DNA of 51,088 nucleotides from a virus. A program made the position numbers and the translations under genes. How positions within the stretch are numbered: the first letter of the stretch is position 1; each line of letters begins with the position of its first letter. Below, one piece after another: positions 9,299 to 19,354 of the stretch. Under the pieces are notes generated by a model. The model made no database searches. It was given only the letters and a program-made list of their open reading frames with translations, and was not told where the DNA came from. The DNA is taken from positions 1 through 51,088 of IMG/VR virus record IMGVR_UViG_3300039098_000044; one strand, 5' to 3'.

Positions 9299-9445
9299 AT
9301 GTTTGAAAAATTAATTAAAGAAAGATCACTATCGATTGTAATATTAGGTGTATTAGCAATAGCAGGTATTGCATTAGGAATGGGAGAAATCGTATTACTA
9401 GTTGCAGGTGGCCTATTAACATTCATCAACCCAGATAGTAAATAA
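9299..9445 (+). CDS. 48-aa membrane micropeptide
   Basis: GGAGG 8 nt upstream; hydrophobic core IVILGVLAIAGIALGMGEIVLLVAGGLL. Confidence 0.55.
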   Translation: MFEKLIKERSLSIVILGVLAIAGIALGMGEIVLLVAGGLLTFINPDSK

Positions 9446-9455
9446 GGGAGAAACA

Positions 9456-9662
9456 ATGTATTATTTTAAAGTTAAGATAAGCTGGCTCAAGGATTGGGAA
9501 TACTTAACATATCTCAGAGCCCAAACAGGTGTCACAATAGAATCAATAGGGCTTGTGTGTTACAAAGTAAGCTTTGATAATGCAACACTATTCGATGAAG
9601 CTAAGAAGTCCTTACAGGGCTGTATAACGAACTACAGTATGTATGCAAATATAGATTTATAA
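9456..9662 (+). CDS. hypothetical protein
   Basis: SD aagggag upstream. Confidence 0.6.
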   Translation: MYYFKVKISWLKDWEYLTYLRAQTGVTIESIGLVCYKVSFDNATLFDEAKKSLQGCITNYSMYANIDL

Positions 9663-9669
9663 TAAAAAT

Positions 9670-9685
9670 AGGGCCTTCGGGCCCT
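9670..9685 (+). terminator. C(UUCG)G stem-loop at the end of the gene block; possible terminator or processing site
   Basis: AGGGCC TTCG GGCCCT directly after stop 9662; A-run upstream but no T-run downstream on the plus strand. Confidence 0.4.
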
Positions 9686-9956
9686 CTATAGTTATAGTAG
9701 TTAAGTACTTCGTACTTCAAGCTAAAGCTTGTAGGATGCTTTCTCAAAGAATCTTTTATTCCCTCAGCCCTCATCACCCACTTCCGAGCCAGCAAATAAT
9801 ATTATTTTTTAATAATACATACTTTTTCCTAGATGCTTGGTTGCTTATGAGAAGCTTTCATCTAAGTATAACACATAAATCGGCATTTGTCAAGTTTTAC
9901 ATAAATACTGGTACTAATACCTACTATTAAGACCTGGTACTAACATGAGGTACTTA

Positions 9957-10610
9957 ATGAAAATATTAGAATTATTCAGTGGAACACAATCAATTGGAAA
10001 GGAGTTTATAAAAGCTGGTCACGAAGTCCTAAGTATAGAACTCAATCCAGCCTTCACAGAACCACCGTACAATCTCAATCAATGGACTGTAAATATAATG
10101 GATGTAAATGTAAATGAAATTTATGAAAGACTTGGTGGAAAACCAGACGTTATATGGGCAAGCCCAACATGCACAACTCATTCAATAGCAGCAATAAGTC
10201 ATCATAGAACTAGGTTAGATTGTGGGATATTAATCGCTAAAAGCGATAAAGCAAAAGCTCATGATATAATCTTATCTAAAACAATTAATTTAATAATGAC
10301 AATCAAGCCTACCTACTGGTTTATAGAGAACCCAAGAGGAGGTATGAGAAAGTCAGCATTAATGCAATTTATAAATAAGAATAGACATACTGTAACATAT
10401 TGTCAATATGGTGATACAAGGATGAAACCAACAGATATTTGGACTAATCATCCTAATCCAGAATTTAAACCAATGTGTAAAAATGGAGCTCCTTGTCATG
10501 AGGCGGCATCAAGAGGTTCAAGAACTGGCACACAAGGTTTAAAGGGAAATTTGGAGAGGTCTATTATTCCAAATAAATTATGTAAACATATAGTTGATAT
10601 ATGTGAATAA
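9957..10610 (+). CDS. DNA (cytosine-5)-methyltransferase, orphan
   Basis: Motif I ILELFSGTQS, PC-type motif WASPTCTTHS, ENV-type motif FIENPRGG; second ATG (9957) has GAGG 6 nt upstream. Confidence 0.6.
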   Translation: MKILELFSGTQSIGKEFIKAGHEVLSIELNPAFTEPPYNLNQWTVNIMDVNVNEIYERLGGKPDVIWASPTCTTHSIAAISHHRTRLDCGILIAKSDKAKAHDIILSKTINLIMTIKPTYWFIENPRGGMRKSALMQFINKNRHTVTYCQYGDTRMKPTDIWTNHPNPEFKPMCKNGAPCHEAASRGSRTGTQGLKGNLERSIIPNKLCKHIVDICE

Positions 10611-10643
10611 TAACTTAGTACCAGGTCCTAATAGGAGGTCATA

Positions 10644-10751
10644 ATGTTTTATATAATATGCTACATAACTCAATTAACTTTATATACAATAATAACATTA
10701 ATTATTTTTGGAATACTATTTAAAATAATGATGTGGATGTTTTTACAATAA
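10644..10751 (+). CDS. 35-aa membrane micropeptide
   Basis: taggaggtcata SD; MFYIICYITQLTLYTIITLIIFGILFKIMMWMFLQ. Confidence 0.5.
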   Translation: MFYIICYITQLTLYTIITLIIFGILFKIMMWMFLQ

Positions 10752-10782
10752 CACACCTACTACCAACCCACAGGAGGCTCAC

Positions 10783-11139
10783 ATGAATATATATTACGCT
10801 CACTGTATGAGCATTTACCACACAAAACAAGAATCAAGAGACTTAGATTTAATATCAAAACTATTTCCAAATGATAACTTATATAATCCATCATTAGATA
10901 AGGTTAGTGAACAAGGTTATAAAGAATTTGGAATGGATTATTTTTTAAACATAGTTAAATCATGTGATCTATTAATATTTAGACCACTACCAAATGGAGA
11001 TATCCCAGCAGGAGTTTATAAAGAAATACAAGCAGCTCGTGACAACAATATATCAATACTTGAGTTGCCAAGTTTTTATAAAAGAAAATTATCTATAGAA
11101 AATACAAGAAATTATTTAAAAGAAATAGGATTCAGATAG
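10783..11139 (+). CDS. hypothetical protein (possibly nucleoside 2-deoxyribosyltransferase-like fold)
   Basis: SD aggagg upstream; the fold guess rests only on the N-terminal IYYAH and CDLLIF.P segments. Confidence 0.3.
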   Translation: MNIYYAHCMSIYHTKQESRDLDLISKLFPNDNLYNPSLDKVSEQGYKEFGMDYFLNIVKSCDLLIFRPLPNGDIPAGVYKEIQAARDNNISILELPSFYKRKLSIENTRNYLKEIGFR

Positions 11140-11147
11140 GAGGTCAC

Positions 11148-11333
11148 ATGTCAAGGTCATATAAGGCCCCAATGGTCAAAGACCATAACCCAGGAATGAA
11201 ACAATTAGCCAACCGCAAAGTTCGCATCACAAAAGATATTCCAAATGGAAAAGCTTATAAGAAAGTTTTTTGTTCTTATGATATATGTGATTTTATGTGG
11301 TGGTCAAACGACCCAATAGATAGGAGGAAATAA
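11148..11333 (+). CDS. hypothetical basic protein
   Basis: SD taggagg upstream. Confidence 0.6.
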   Translation: MSRSYKAPMVKDHNPGMKQLANRKVRITKDIPNGKAYKKVFCSYDICDFMWWSNDPIDRRK

Positions 11334-11780
11334 ATGTTCATACTAGAACTACTCACAACAATACTAGGCCTATTCAAAACCTACTTAACAGGTAACAAAT
11401 GGAGATACGCACCACTCATAGGAGTCGTAGGTCAAGTCTTCTGGCTCATTGTAGTTGTTGAGGCAGCCCAATGGGGCTTGCTTCCGGGTGTGATTATCTA
11501 TACGTTTTTATATATTCGCAACTTTATTAAATGGTCAAAAGATGATGATGAAATGGTTACCGATCTCATAAAAGAAGTACATGAATTAAGAGAACAATAT
11601 CATTATAGCGTTATGTATAAGAGTCATTATTATGATGAGCAAAATAGAATGCAAAAAGCCTACAATGATAAAACAGATAAACAAAAAGAACGATTATTAA
11701 AATGGTACAAAGCAAGATTGATCAGACAAGAAGAACTATTCAAAATCAAATATAATATTCAGGAGGATAACGATGAATGA
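11334..11780 (+). CDS. membrane protein with C-terminal coiled-coil-like region
   Basis: SD taggagg; two N-terminal hydrophobic helices. Confidence 0.55.
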   Translation: MFILELLTTILGLFKTYLTGNKWRYAPLIGVVGQVFWLIVVVEAAQWGLLPGVIIYTFLYIRNFIKWSKDDDEMVTDLIKEVHELREQYHYSVMYKSHYYDEQNRMQKAYNDKTDKQKERLLKWYKARLIRQEELFKIKYNIQEDNDE

Positions 11781-11913
11781 TAAAAGATATTTAATAGGAG
11801 TTTTAATATTATTATTAGGAATATTCCTAATATTCTCAGCAAACCCATTCGCACTCGCAGCAGGAATCTTCTGTGTGTTCGTAGGGCTTGTGATGATAAA
11901 TACTAGTTGGTAG
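11773..11913 (+). CDS. 46-aa two-TM micropeptide
   Basis: AGGAGG 6 nt upstream; MNDKRYLIGVLILLLGIFLIFSANPFALAAGIFCVFVGLVMINTSW. Confidence 0.55.
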   Translation: MNDKRYLIGVLILLLGIFLIFSANPFALAAGIFCVFVGLVMINTSW

Positions 11914-11921
11914 GAGGAATT

Positions 11922-12215
11922 ATGGATTTAAATATTAAAGAATTACAAAAAATAACAGATACAAGTAAACTTATTGCAATGCAAGAAGCAATAGAAAATA
12001 TAAAACAAAATGTTGATTTAGAAAAAATAAAAGAACATATATATAGAGAAGCAAAAAAAGGTAACAACTATTTAAATGTTGGAATATCATTATTAAAATG
12101 GGCTTCATCTAGAGATGCAAAAGCGGCAGAAATATATTTTAGAAATAATCTAAAAGGATTATATGTATCTGCAAAAATAGATAGTATGCGTATAGTTGTT
12201 CTCTTACAATGGTAA
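11922..12215 (+). CDS. hypothetical protein
   Basis: ATG 11922 preceded by taggagg. Confidence 0.55.
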   Translation: MDLNIKELQKITDTSKLIAMQEAIENIKQNVDLEKIKEHIYREAKKGNNYLNVGISLLKWASSRDAKAAEIYFRNNLKGLYVSAKIDSMRIVVLLQW

Positions 12216-12240
12216 AATAAAAAAGGGGCTATTACGCCCC
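12213..12240 (-). terminator. rho-independent terminator between convergent plus and minus gene blocks
   Basis: GGGGC tattac GCCCC; on the minus strand it is followed by TTTTTTATTTT. Confidence 0.7.
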
Positions 12241-12247
12241 AATCACC

Positions 12248-12508
12248 CTACAGAATAAATAGTATGATCCCTAACATCAATGTAATTACAGTAACTATAC
12301 TGGACACTAACGTAGCAATCATGACCTTATCCTTGGTTCTGAGAATATTCATGATAGCTTTAATATCAGTCTTAATCTCACCTACATCATCCTTATTGGC
12401 CCCAATAGAACCTTCATTATGAATAACTCTCTCCATGATTTCTCCTTTCACCTTCTCATTACCAAGCTCTACAATAAGCTCAACTTCACTTCTAGTTATT
12501 TCAGCCAT
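12248..12508 (-). CDS. XhlA/holin-like tail-anchored membrane protein (lysis)
   Basis: 86 aa with a coiled N-terminus plus a single C-terminal TM helix (VMIATLVSSIVTVITLMLGIILFIL); last gene of the late operon. Confidence 0.4.
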   Translation of the reverse strand: MAEITRSEVELIVELGNEKVKGEIMERVIHNEGSIGANKDDVGEIKTDIKAIMNILRTKDKVMIATLVSSIVTVITLMLGIILFIL

Positions 12509-12522
12509 GACCCACCTCCAGG

Positions 12523-15500
12523 CTATCTACGGTCTCTCTCAAGTTCATTTAATACCTTCCTATAATTAAATTTCTCTCTATCATAATTCAAGAATCTTAA
12601 ACCAGTTAACTGAGCAAGCAATTCCAAACGTCTATCATAACCTTCTTTCTTGCCAAGTTTCATAGCGTTACTCAATGGGCCTATTTGTTTAGCTATATGT
12701 CCAAGTTTACTATTAAGTTCTGTACCATAATATGAATCATAATCTAATGCCAGCTCAACAGGAGCTTTTAAGAATGGGCTTAATCTACCGATAAGGTCTT
12801 TAACGCTCAATGATAAATCTTGGAATGGTAAGTTAGGATTAAATATATTAACTCCAGCTTCACCAGTTCCCGGTAAGCTAACCCAATCTTCTGCAAATTC
12901 TCCAGCATCTCTGCCACGTTCAAAACTAATGTTCTCATCACCTGTATTAGACCTGTCGAGGGCTTGAAGGCCTTTAACGAATGGTCTGTACTTCTCAGGG
13001 TGTTTGATAACTTGTTCCATTTGTAGTGGGATATTTTTCTTACCCCAAGTCCAGAATGGAATAGCTCTTCTTAATACTTCCTTCTCAAATACAGTTGCAT
13101 TCTTATAATCAAATAAGAATTTATTTGTCATTTCAGCAGCTAATTTAGGTTCAACACCCTTTTCAAGATGATGTACAAAATTAAGCATCTTATCAAGATT
13201 CTCAATATAACTACCAACCTTAGTACCAGCTTTATATGGTATGAACTCAGTAGTTGATCTAGGGTCAAACTTAGCCCATTTACTATTTGTAACCTTACTA
13301 GATTCCATAAGTTGTCTAATCTCAAAACCGAATTGACCAGTATCAAGGACATCTAATTGAGTTGCAATTTGCATTAACTCGTCTGCATCAAACCCACTTA
13401 TTAACTCATCAGAAGTACCAGACATAATGCTAGCAATTCTTTTACGTTCCTTAAATGAGAATGACTTAGCGCCTATATCAAGATAAGAATTAAAACTATT
13501 ACCAAGTGCATTCCTTGAGTGAAATGAAGGATTAACAACGGTTACATTAAGTTTCCAAAGGTGTAGGAATTTATCATACACATCTAGGACTTTCTGTACG
13601 TTCTCAGCCTTTTGATATTTAGATGTTTTATTAAAATGTTGTCTAACATTATCATCCATAGCTCCAACTTTAAAAACTCTTTTACCATCTTCACCAACCT
13701 TACCAAAGGCCCTATCAGCTCCTTGAGTAATCTCGGCATATAAATCTTCTGAATTGTAATTTACTTTTATACCAAGGCCTTCTAGGCTATCATTTATAAA
13801 CCCTGATGTTAATACTTGACCTTCAGGTACGCTACCTCTAAAGAATTTAATTAAATCTTCTTTAGGAATTACAGGAACATCAGTTCCAATCAAAAGTTTA
13901 GTAGGAGAATATTCTCTAGTAACTAATTCCCAAACTGTATTGGCATTCTTCTTATCAAATAAATAATTATCATGTCGTATTGCACGCTCAGTTAAAGCGC
14001 TAACAAGATCATCTTCAAATAAATCTCTAGGAACAAAGTTACCTGAATCATTACCAAACACATCTTTAAATGTAGGTGGTTTGCTATTTTTAATTACATA
14101 ATCATCCCAAGACTTTTCAAATTGTTTAATACTACCTTCCCATTTACGTTGTAATTGATTAGCAACAAATGGTCTACCATCAGAACCTACAACAGCATCC
14201 TCAACTAAATCTACATAATTATTAAATAAATCTCTATGCTTTTGTTTAACTATATGTGGGAAATATGATTTGATTTTATTAGATTGCTCTGAATTACCAA
14301 TAAACTCAAGTTCTTTTCTAATATTTTTAATAGCATCTACGAGCGGTGCATCAGACTCTAATAATAAATCATCAGCAAGCTCAGTACCTGGAACAGTTTT
14401 CCAATTAACATATTGATTATAAGATTCTCCGAGTTGGCTTCTAGCATAATCATCTAACTTATTGTCTCTGAAAGCTTCACCAAGTTCAATTCTTAATTTC
14501 TTGGCTTCATCAATATTTCTAATAAATACAGGATTTTGTAACGTCTCATCAATAGCCTCTATCTTTTGAGATATCTTTTTATTTTGAACCCAATAGCCCT
14601 CTTTGGTCTTTTGAAGATTAACTTCAATAGCTTCAGAAATATCATCAAGTTCACTAATCTTAACATTAGTTCGTTCTAATAATTCATCATAGAATACATC
14701 ATAATCTATTTGAGGAATGACGCCAGTCTTTACCCCATCTTCCATAATATCTTCAATGATTTCTTTCTCAGCTTTAGATAAATCTTTCAATTTTTTATCT
14801 GGGAAATACTTCTTCATAACAGAACGCTTATAACTTCTAACTTGTTTTTTATCAATACCATTCAATTGTCTAACAACAGAATCAAAATCAATATTTAAAT
14901 AATCTTCTAAATTTCTAACTTGCTCAATAGTGATATCATAAGTCTTAGCTTTAGCTTTTTGAGAATCAATTACACCTTGTGCATAATTCTTTTCCTTAGC
15001 AGCTTTAATAGTTTTATCTGTTATAGCATCAATATTCTCTTGTTGAGTTTGTTTAAATAAATCATTTAAATTACCATCAAAATAACTAGCTTTAGCTTTA
15101 TTGCTATCTCTAAGTTGATCAGCTAACTTCTTAGCTCTATTATACTTTTTACTCTTTAATAAATCTGCTGAGTCAGCGAATTCATCAAGAATCTCAGGTC
15201 TCATAGTATTCTCAGTAACCTTATCAAATGCAGCGGCCTTGCGCAATTCCATTGGAGATGCTTGACCAATACTTTTACCATCACCTAATTCAAATTCATC
15301 TATTAACTTTTCTAATTCATCATCAGACTTATAAAGTATATCTAAATCATCAGCATCATATTGTGCTCTAGTAAATGCTTTAGTAGTGCTATCGTTATAA
15401 GGCTTGATTAAATCAGAACCTTCTAATAAAGCTTCAGAAAATACTTCAGTATCACCAGCCTTTTGAGATATATTATCTATATCTTCCCAAGGATCAAACT

Positions 15501-17841
15501 CAGCATGTCGTTGGGCTCGTGTGAAGCCACCTGGATAATCACTTCTCAATATATTTTCAACCTCAGACTTACTAAGAGTTGAATACATATCAGTAGCATC
15601 GACTTGGGCTTTAGTCATTAAATTGTTTTGAGAAAGCTTGAAGTTTCTCTCAGACATAATTTTATTAATCTCAGCTAATTCAACTATACCCTCGTTAGAA
15701 ATAGTATCATTAGTTAATTGAGATTCTAATTTTTTACGCTTGTCAACTAATTCGTTCCAGTTTTTACCTTTAGCAGCTTTTTGTTTAGATGTTTTTATTA
15801 AGGCATCAGACTTATCTATATTTTTAATAAATAGGTCTAATCTTTCGGGCTCATTAATAATAAGTTCATCTATTCTTTGGAATTTCTCAGTTTGTGCTTT
15901 CTTAGTAGCTTTAGTTAAATCATCACCAGTTAAATCTGCAAGCCCAACTAACTTCTCATCAAGCTCTACTTCGGCTATTGATTTGGCCTCATCATATCCT
16001 TCACGTAATGTTTTAGAATAATCAAAGAACTCATCGGCTGTTCCATTAGCATATACATCTAAAGCCTTCTTGAGTTGGTCATCGGTTAATGAAGTTCTCA
16101 AAGGCATCATATCAAAATCATTCTTCAATACAGAATTTTTATTTATAACATCAGATAATCTATTGTACATAGTTTCATTACCACGTTTAACTTCTAAAAA
16201 TGTATTAACAGATTTACTACTTGTAGCATAACCTTTACTAATATCACTCATAGGTTTATTAAGATAATCATTAAAGCTGTAACTTGTATTATCAGCACCT
16301 CGTAATATATCACCAGCCTTTCTAAAGCCATAAGGTGTGTTAAGGAATTTACCATCGACATTATATTTATTTCTATATTGAACAACTTTCTGTTTTGCAA
16401 TTTGATCTTTAGCTTCGTTATTAATATCAAATAAACTTTGTTTAATCTTCTTTTGATTATCAACAAGTAATGCTCTGAACTCTTTAGCTTTGTTTAATTC
16501 AGCAGTAGCATTACCTCTCTCAAGTTTTGACATAGCAGATATAAGTTTATCTTCATCATCAACAAGAGTTGATTTCTGTCTCACAAGGTCATCATAATAA
16601 TCAACAAGTTTAGTAGACTCGTCTAATTCTTTAGAATATTTTGTGATTAACTTTCTACCAAATTCATTATCAATTAAACCAGTTGTAACTAATTTCTCTC
16701 TCCATAAATCAGTATCATCTAATATATCAACAATTCTAAGTTGTTGGTCCTTAGTAAGGCCAGCACCAAGTTTTGCCATCTTACGCTTACTAGAAACTAT
16801 TCCTTTAGCAAGGCTAACTGAATGTCTATTTCTAATATCTTGAGCGGCTAATGTTCTAGCTGTTTGACCTATGTCATATTTAGCAAGAGTTTTAATAGCG
16901 GCTCTATTGTCTAATTTTTTAAATACTCCATTATTTTGAATAATATTTGGAATAGAATTTATATAAGGAGCAACTGTTTTATCACCAAGCATTCTCAAAA
17001 CATCTTCATTTACAACAACCTTCTTATGTTTACCAATACCATAAGATAAGTTATCACCAAGGCTTTGACCAACACCTGCTAGTTTATTAACTCTTTTAAT
17101 AAAGTCATCAATACTTTTTTCAGTTATACTTTCACCCATATCAAATAAAGTCTTTCTAGCTATATCATGAGTCAAACCTTTACCTGCATTAGCGGCAGCT
17201 TTCTTAGCTAATTTCTCAGCAACTTCTCTACCAAACTTTTCAGTTAATTCAGCGCTAACTTTAGCTCCGACCTTGGCTGTTGTTTGAGTTCCTTTTAAGA
17301 ACGCACTAGTACCACCTGATACATAAGTTAATGGATCAAGTAATACATCACCAGCAAAGCCAACAACGCCTCTAGCAACCTTACCGAGTTTTGAGGTAGG
17401 GTTCCATCCCATCTCAGAGAATACATCTGTAAAACTAGCTTCGCCTTCTTCAAATCCTTTACCTAACGGATTAGCAGCTCTAAGACCACCAATAACTCCA
17501 CCTAAAGCATCTATTGTACGAGAACCAATTGTGAATGGATTAAACACCCAACCATCACGTTTAATGAATCCTCTAACACCACCAGCCACAGCATATTGTC
17601 CAACTTGTAATGCATCAAAGACTCTATCAAGGCCTGAACGACCATAACTAGATTGAGCCTTCCAATTAGAATAATAATCATTAGATACATTAGTAAATGT
17701 TTGAGGTTGAGATGGCTTGAATGTTTTACTTACAGGATCGCTTCTAGTATAAGAACCAAACCCTGGAATGGGTTCGGCCTTAACACTTTCCTTCTTTTTC
17801 TCATATGCAGATTGATTGAATAGTTCATTTCCAAAAGCCAT
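12523..17841 (-). CDS. giant virion protein (ejection/internal-core or tape-measure-like), 1772 aa
   Basis: Gly-rich hydrophobic N-terminal region (GGVIGGL..GDVLLDPLTYVSGG), long K/E-rich coiled-coil middle; sits in the structural module. Confidence 0.4.
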   Translation of the reverse strand: MAFGNELFNQSAYEKKKESVKAEPIPGFGSYTRSDPVSKTFKPSQPQTFTNVSNDYYSNWKAQSSYGRSGLDRVFDALQVGQYAVAGGVRGFIKRDGWVFNPFTIGSRTIDALGGVIGGLRAANPLGKGFEEGEASFTDVFSEMGWNPTSKLGKVARGVVGFAGDVLLDPLTYVSGGTSAFLKGTQTTAKVGAKVSAELTEKFGREVAEKLAKKAAANAGKGLTHDIARKTLFDMGESITEKSIDDFIKRVNKLAGVGQSLGDNLSYGIGKHKKVVVNEDVLRMLGDKTVAPYINSIPNIIQNNGVFKKLDNRAAIKTLAKYDIGQTARTLAAQDIRNRHSVSLAKGIVSSKRKMAKLGAGLTKDQQLRIVDILDDTDLWREKLVTTGLIDNEFGRKLITKYSKELDESTKLVDYYDDLVRQKSTLVDDEDKLISAMSKLERGNATAELNKAKEFRALLVDNQKKIKQSLFDINNEAKDQIAKQKVVQYRNKYNVDGKFLNTPYGFRKAGDILRGADNTSYSFNDYLNKPMSDISKGYATSSKSVNTFLEVKRGNETMYNRLSDVINKNSVLKNDFDMMPLRTSLTDDQLKKALDVYANGTADEFFDYSKTLREGYDEAKSIAEVELDEKLVGLADLTGDDLTKATKKAQTEKFQRIDELIINEPERLDLFIKNIDKSDALIKTSKQKAAKGKNWNELVDKRKKLESQLTNDTISNEGIVELAEINKIMSERNFKLSQNNLMTKAQVDATDMYSTLSKSEVENILRSDYPGGFTRAQRHAEFDPWEDIDNISQKAGDTEVFSEALLEGSDLIKPYNDSTTKAFTRAQYDADDLDILYKSDDELEKLIDEFELGDGKSIGQASPMELRKAAAFDKVTENTMRPEILDEFADSADLLKSKKYNRAKKLADQLRDSNKAKASYFDGNLNDLFKQTQQENIDAITDKTIKAAKEKNYAQGVIDSQKAKAKTYDITIEQVRNLEDYLNIDFDSVVRQLNGIDKKQVRSYKRSVMKKYFPDKKLKDLSKAEKEIIEDIMEDGVKTGVIPQIDYDVFYDELLERTNVKISELDDISEAIEVNLQKTKEGYWVQNKKISQKIEAIDETLQNPVFIRNIDEAKKLRIELGEAFRDNKLDDYARSQLGESYNQYVNWKTVPGTELADDLLLESDAPLVDAIKNIRKELEFIGNSEQSNKIKSYFPHIVKQKHRDLFNNYVDLVEDAVVGSDGRPFVANQLQRKWEGSIKQFEKSWDDYVIKNSKPPTFKDVFGNDSGNFVPRDLFEDDLVSALTERAIRHDNYLFDKKNANTVWELVTREYSPTKLLIGTDVPVIPKEDLIKFFRGSVPEGQVLTSGFINDSLEGLGIKVNYNSEDLYAEITQGADRAFGKVGEDGKRVFKVGAMDDNVRQHFNKTSKYQKAENVQKVLDVYDKFLHLWKLNVTVVNPSFHSRNALGNSFNSYLDIGAKSFSFKERKRIASIMSGTSDELISGFDADELMQIATQLDVLDTGQFGFEIRQLMESSKVTNSKWAKFDPRSTTEFIPYKAGTKVGSYIENLDKMLNFVHHLEKGVEPKLAAEMTNKFLFDYKNATVFEKEVLRRAIPFWTWGKKNIPLQMEQVIKHPEKYRPFVKGLQALDRSNTGDENISFERGRDAGEFAEDWVSLPGTGEAGVNIFNPNLPFQDLSLSVKDLIGRLSPFLKAPVELALDYDSYYGTELNSKLGHIAKQIGPLSNAMKLGKKEGYDRRLELLAQLTGLRFLNYDREKFNYRKVLNELERDRR

Positions 17842-17854
17842 ATCTTACCTCCAA

Positions 17855-19342
17855 TTATTTACCTATATTAATAAATGATTTAACTTTTTCCCAAGCACTT
17901 GCAGACTCAGAATCAGTAGCATTGTTACCACCCATAGCAGTAATCCAATCTTTCAACTCGCCTGACTTAGCATCAATAGCTTTATCTATTTCAGGTTTAG
18001 TTATTTCATTTACATTCTTATCTTCAATACCAAACCATTTAGGAGATAGAACTTCAGTCCAGAATATTGCGTCATCGTATTTTTCATATACGTCATCAGC
18101 TAAATCTTGAGGTGTTGTAATTGTATCAAAACCACCAAGTTCTTCCATCTTGTAATTCATAAACACTTGATATTCTAATTGTTCTTTAGAAATCTCAGCA
18201 CCTTTATTCATAAGGTTGATTTGAGTTGTTTCAGAAAGTTCTGCTAATTCTTTAGTTCTTTCGAAATCTAAAGTAGAAATTTTTTCTTGTTGCTTAACAT
18301 TAAAATTTGCCATTCTAAAATCAAACTTCTGTTGTAATCCCATCATCTTCATAGCATTATCATTACCAACACCAAGTCTATAAAGGGCGGCAGCGTTATT
18401 AACTGCATCTCTATCAACATTCCATTGATTTTGTTGAGCAGCCATCGCAAATGAATTTCTAAAATCTACATCAGTCTTCTCTAAAACATTAGCAAAGTTT
18501 ACATCTATCAAATCAAGTTGATTCTCAAAATCTTGTGCTTGTTGAGAAATTTGGAATTCTTGAATATCTTCTCTATCTTCAACTTGGAACTGTCGTTGTA
18601 TACCAATCTCTTGTCCTCTAGCGGCAGCGGCTGCATCAGCAGCGGCCCTCTCAGAACCAGCGGCTGTAATCTTTTGAGCTGTTGAAGTTTTAATTGCAGA
18701 TATTCTATCAGTTATATTTCCAAGTCTAGTTGTTCTATCTTGGTCATTCTTAAATCTAAGACCTAAGCCTTCTCTAGCAATTCCTTGGGCAATACCCTCG
18801 GCTTGTTGAGAACTTGCAATACCTCTACGTTGAGAACTAACTTTACCTCTTTGAGTTTCATCAAAAACGCCTTTATTAATTCTTTCTAAATTATCTAAAT
18901 AATCTTGTTCAGCTTGTGCTCTAGCCTCCTCTTGAGACTGAATAGCAATTGTTTCTTCAGCTTGAAGGTTTCCAATTGCACCTTCTTCAGCTAATCTATT
19001 GGATTCGCTAAGTTTAGCAATATAGTCGTCAATAGCGGAAGCCAGTGTTGTGTCATCATCAGTTACTACACCATCACCATTTGTATCGCCTGTGACAGCA
19101 TCTATAGTACCTGCAACAGACCCTGGGCCTTTCTCAGCAATTGCATTACCTGCAACTATCTCATCAATTGGACCAGTAGTTCCAACAGTAACTCCACCAA
19201 CTAACCCTGTGCCAGTTGCGGGTGCGGCGGTAGATGTAGTAGTACTTCCATTCTCCGCTTTTATTCTATCAACAATAGCTTTACCTAAACCAGTAGAAGG
19301 TGTAACTATTTTATTTGCATTATCATCTATTACTAGTGCCAT
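17855..19342 (-). CDS. virion internal/structural protein, 495 aa
   Basis: T/G/A-rich N-terminus, Q/E-rich coiled-coil centre; location between the M15 peptidase and the giant ORF. Confidence 0.35.
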   Translation of the reverse strand: MALVIDDNANKIVTPSTGLGKAIVDRIKAENGSTTTSTAAPATGTGLVGGVTVGTTGPIDEIVAGNAIAEKGPGSVAGTIDAVTGDTNGDGVVTDDDTTLASAIDDYIAKLSESNRLAEEGAIGNLQAEETIAIQSQEEARAQAEQDYLDNLERINKGVFDETQRGKVSSQRRGIASSQQAEGIAQGIAREGLGLRFKNDQDRTTRLGNITDRISAIKTSTAQKITAAGSERAAADAAAAARGQEIGIQRQFQVEDREDIQEFQISQQAQDFENQLDLIDVNFANVLEKTDVDFRNSFAMAAQQNQWNVDRDAVNNAAALYRLGVGNDNAMKMMGLQQKFDFRMANFNVKQQEKISTLDFERTKELAELSETTQINLMNKGAEISKEQLEYQVFMNYKMEELGGFDTITTPQDLADDVYEKYDDAIFWTEVLSPKWFGIEDKNVNEITKPEIDKAIDAKSGELKDWITAMGGNNATDSESASAWEKVKSFINIGK

Positions 19343-19354
19343 TAATTATCACCT

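Noticed and set aside
9601-9930. ORFs 9601..9795 (-) and 9736..9930 (+) in the gap before the methyltransferase
   Set aside because: They have no ribosome-binding sites and span hairpins and a promoter-like box. They show odd composition, and the minus-strand ORF opposes the local transcription direction. The region is treated as a regulatory intergenic region.
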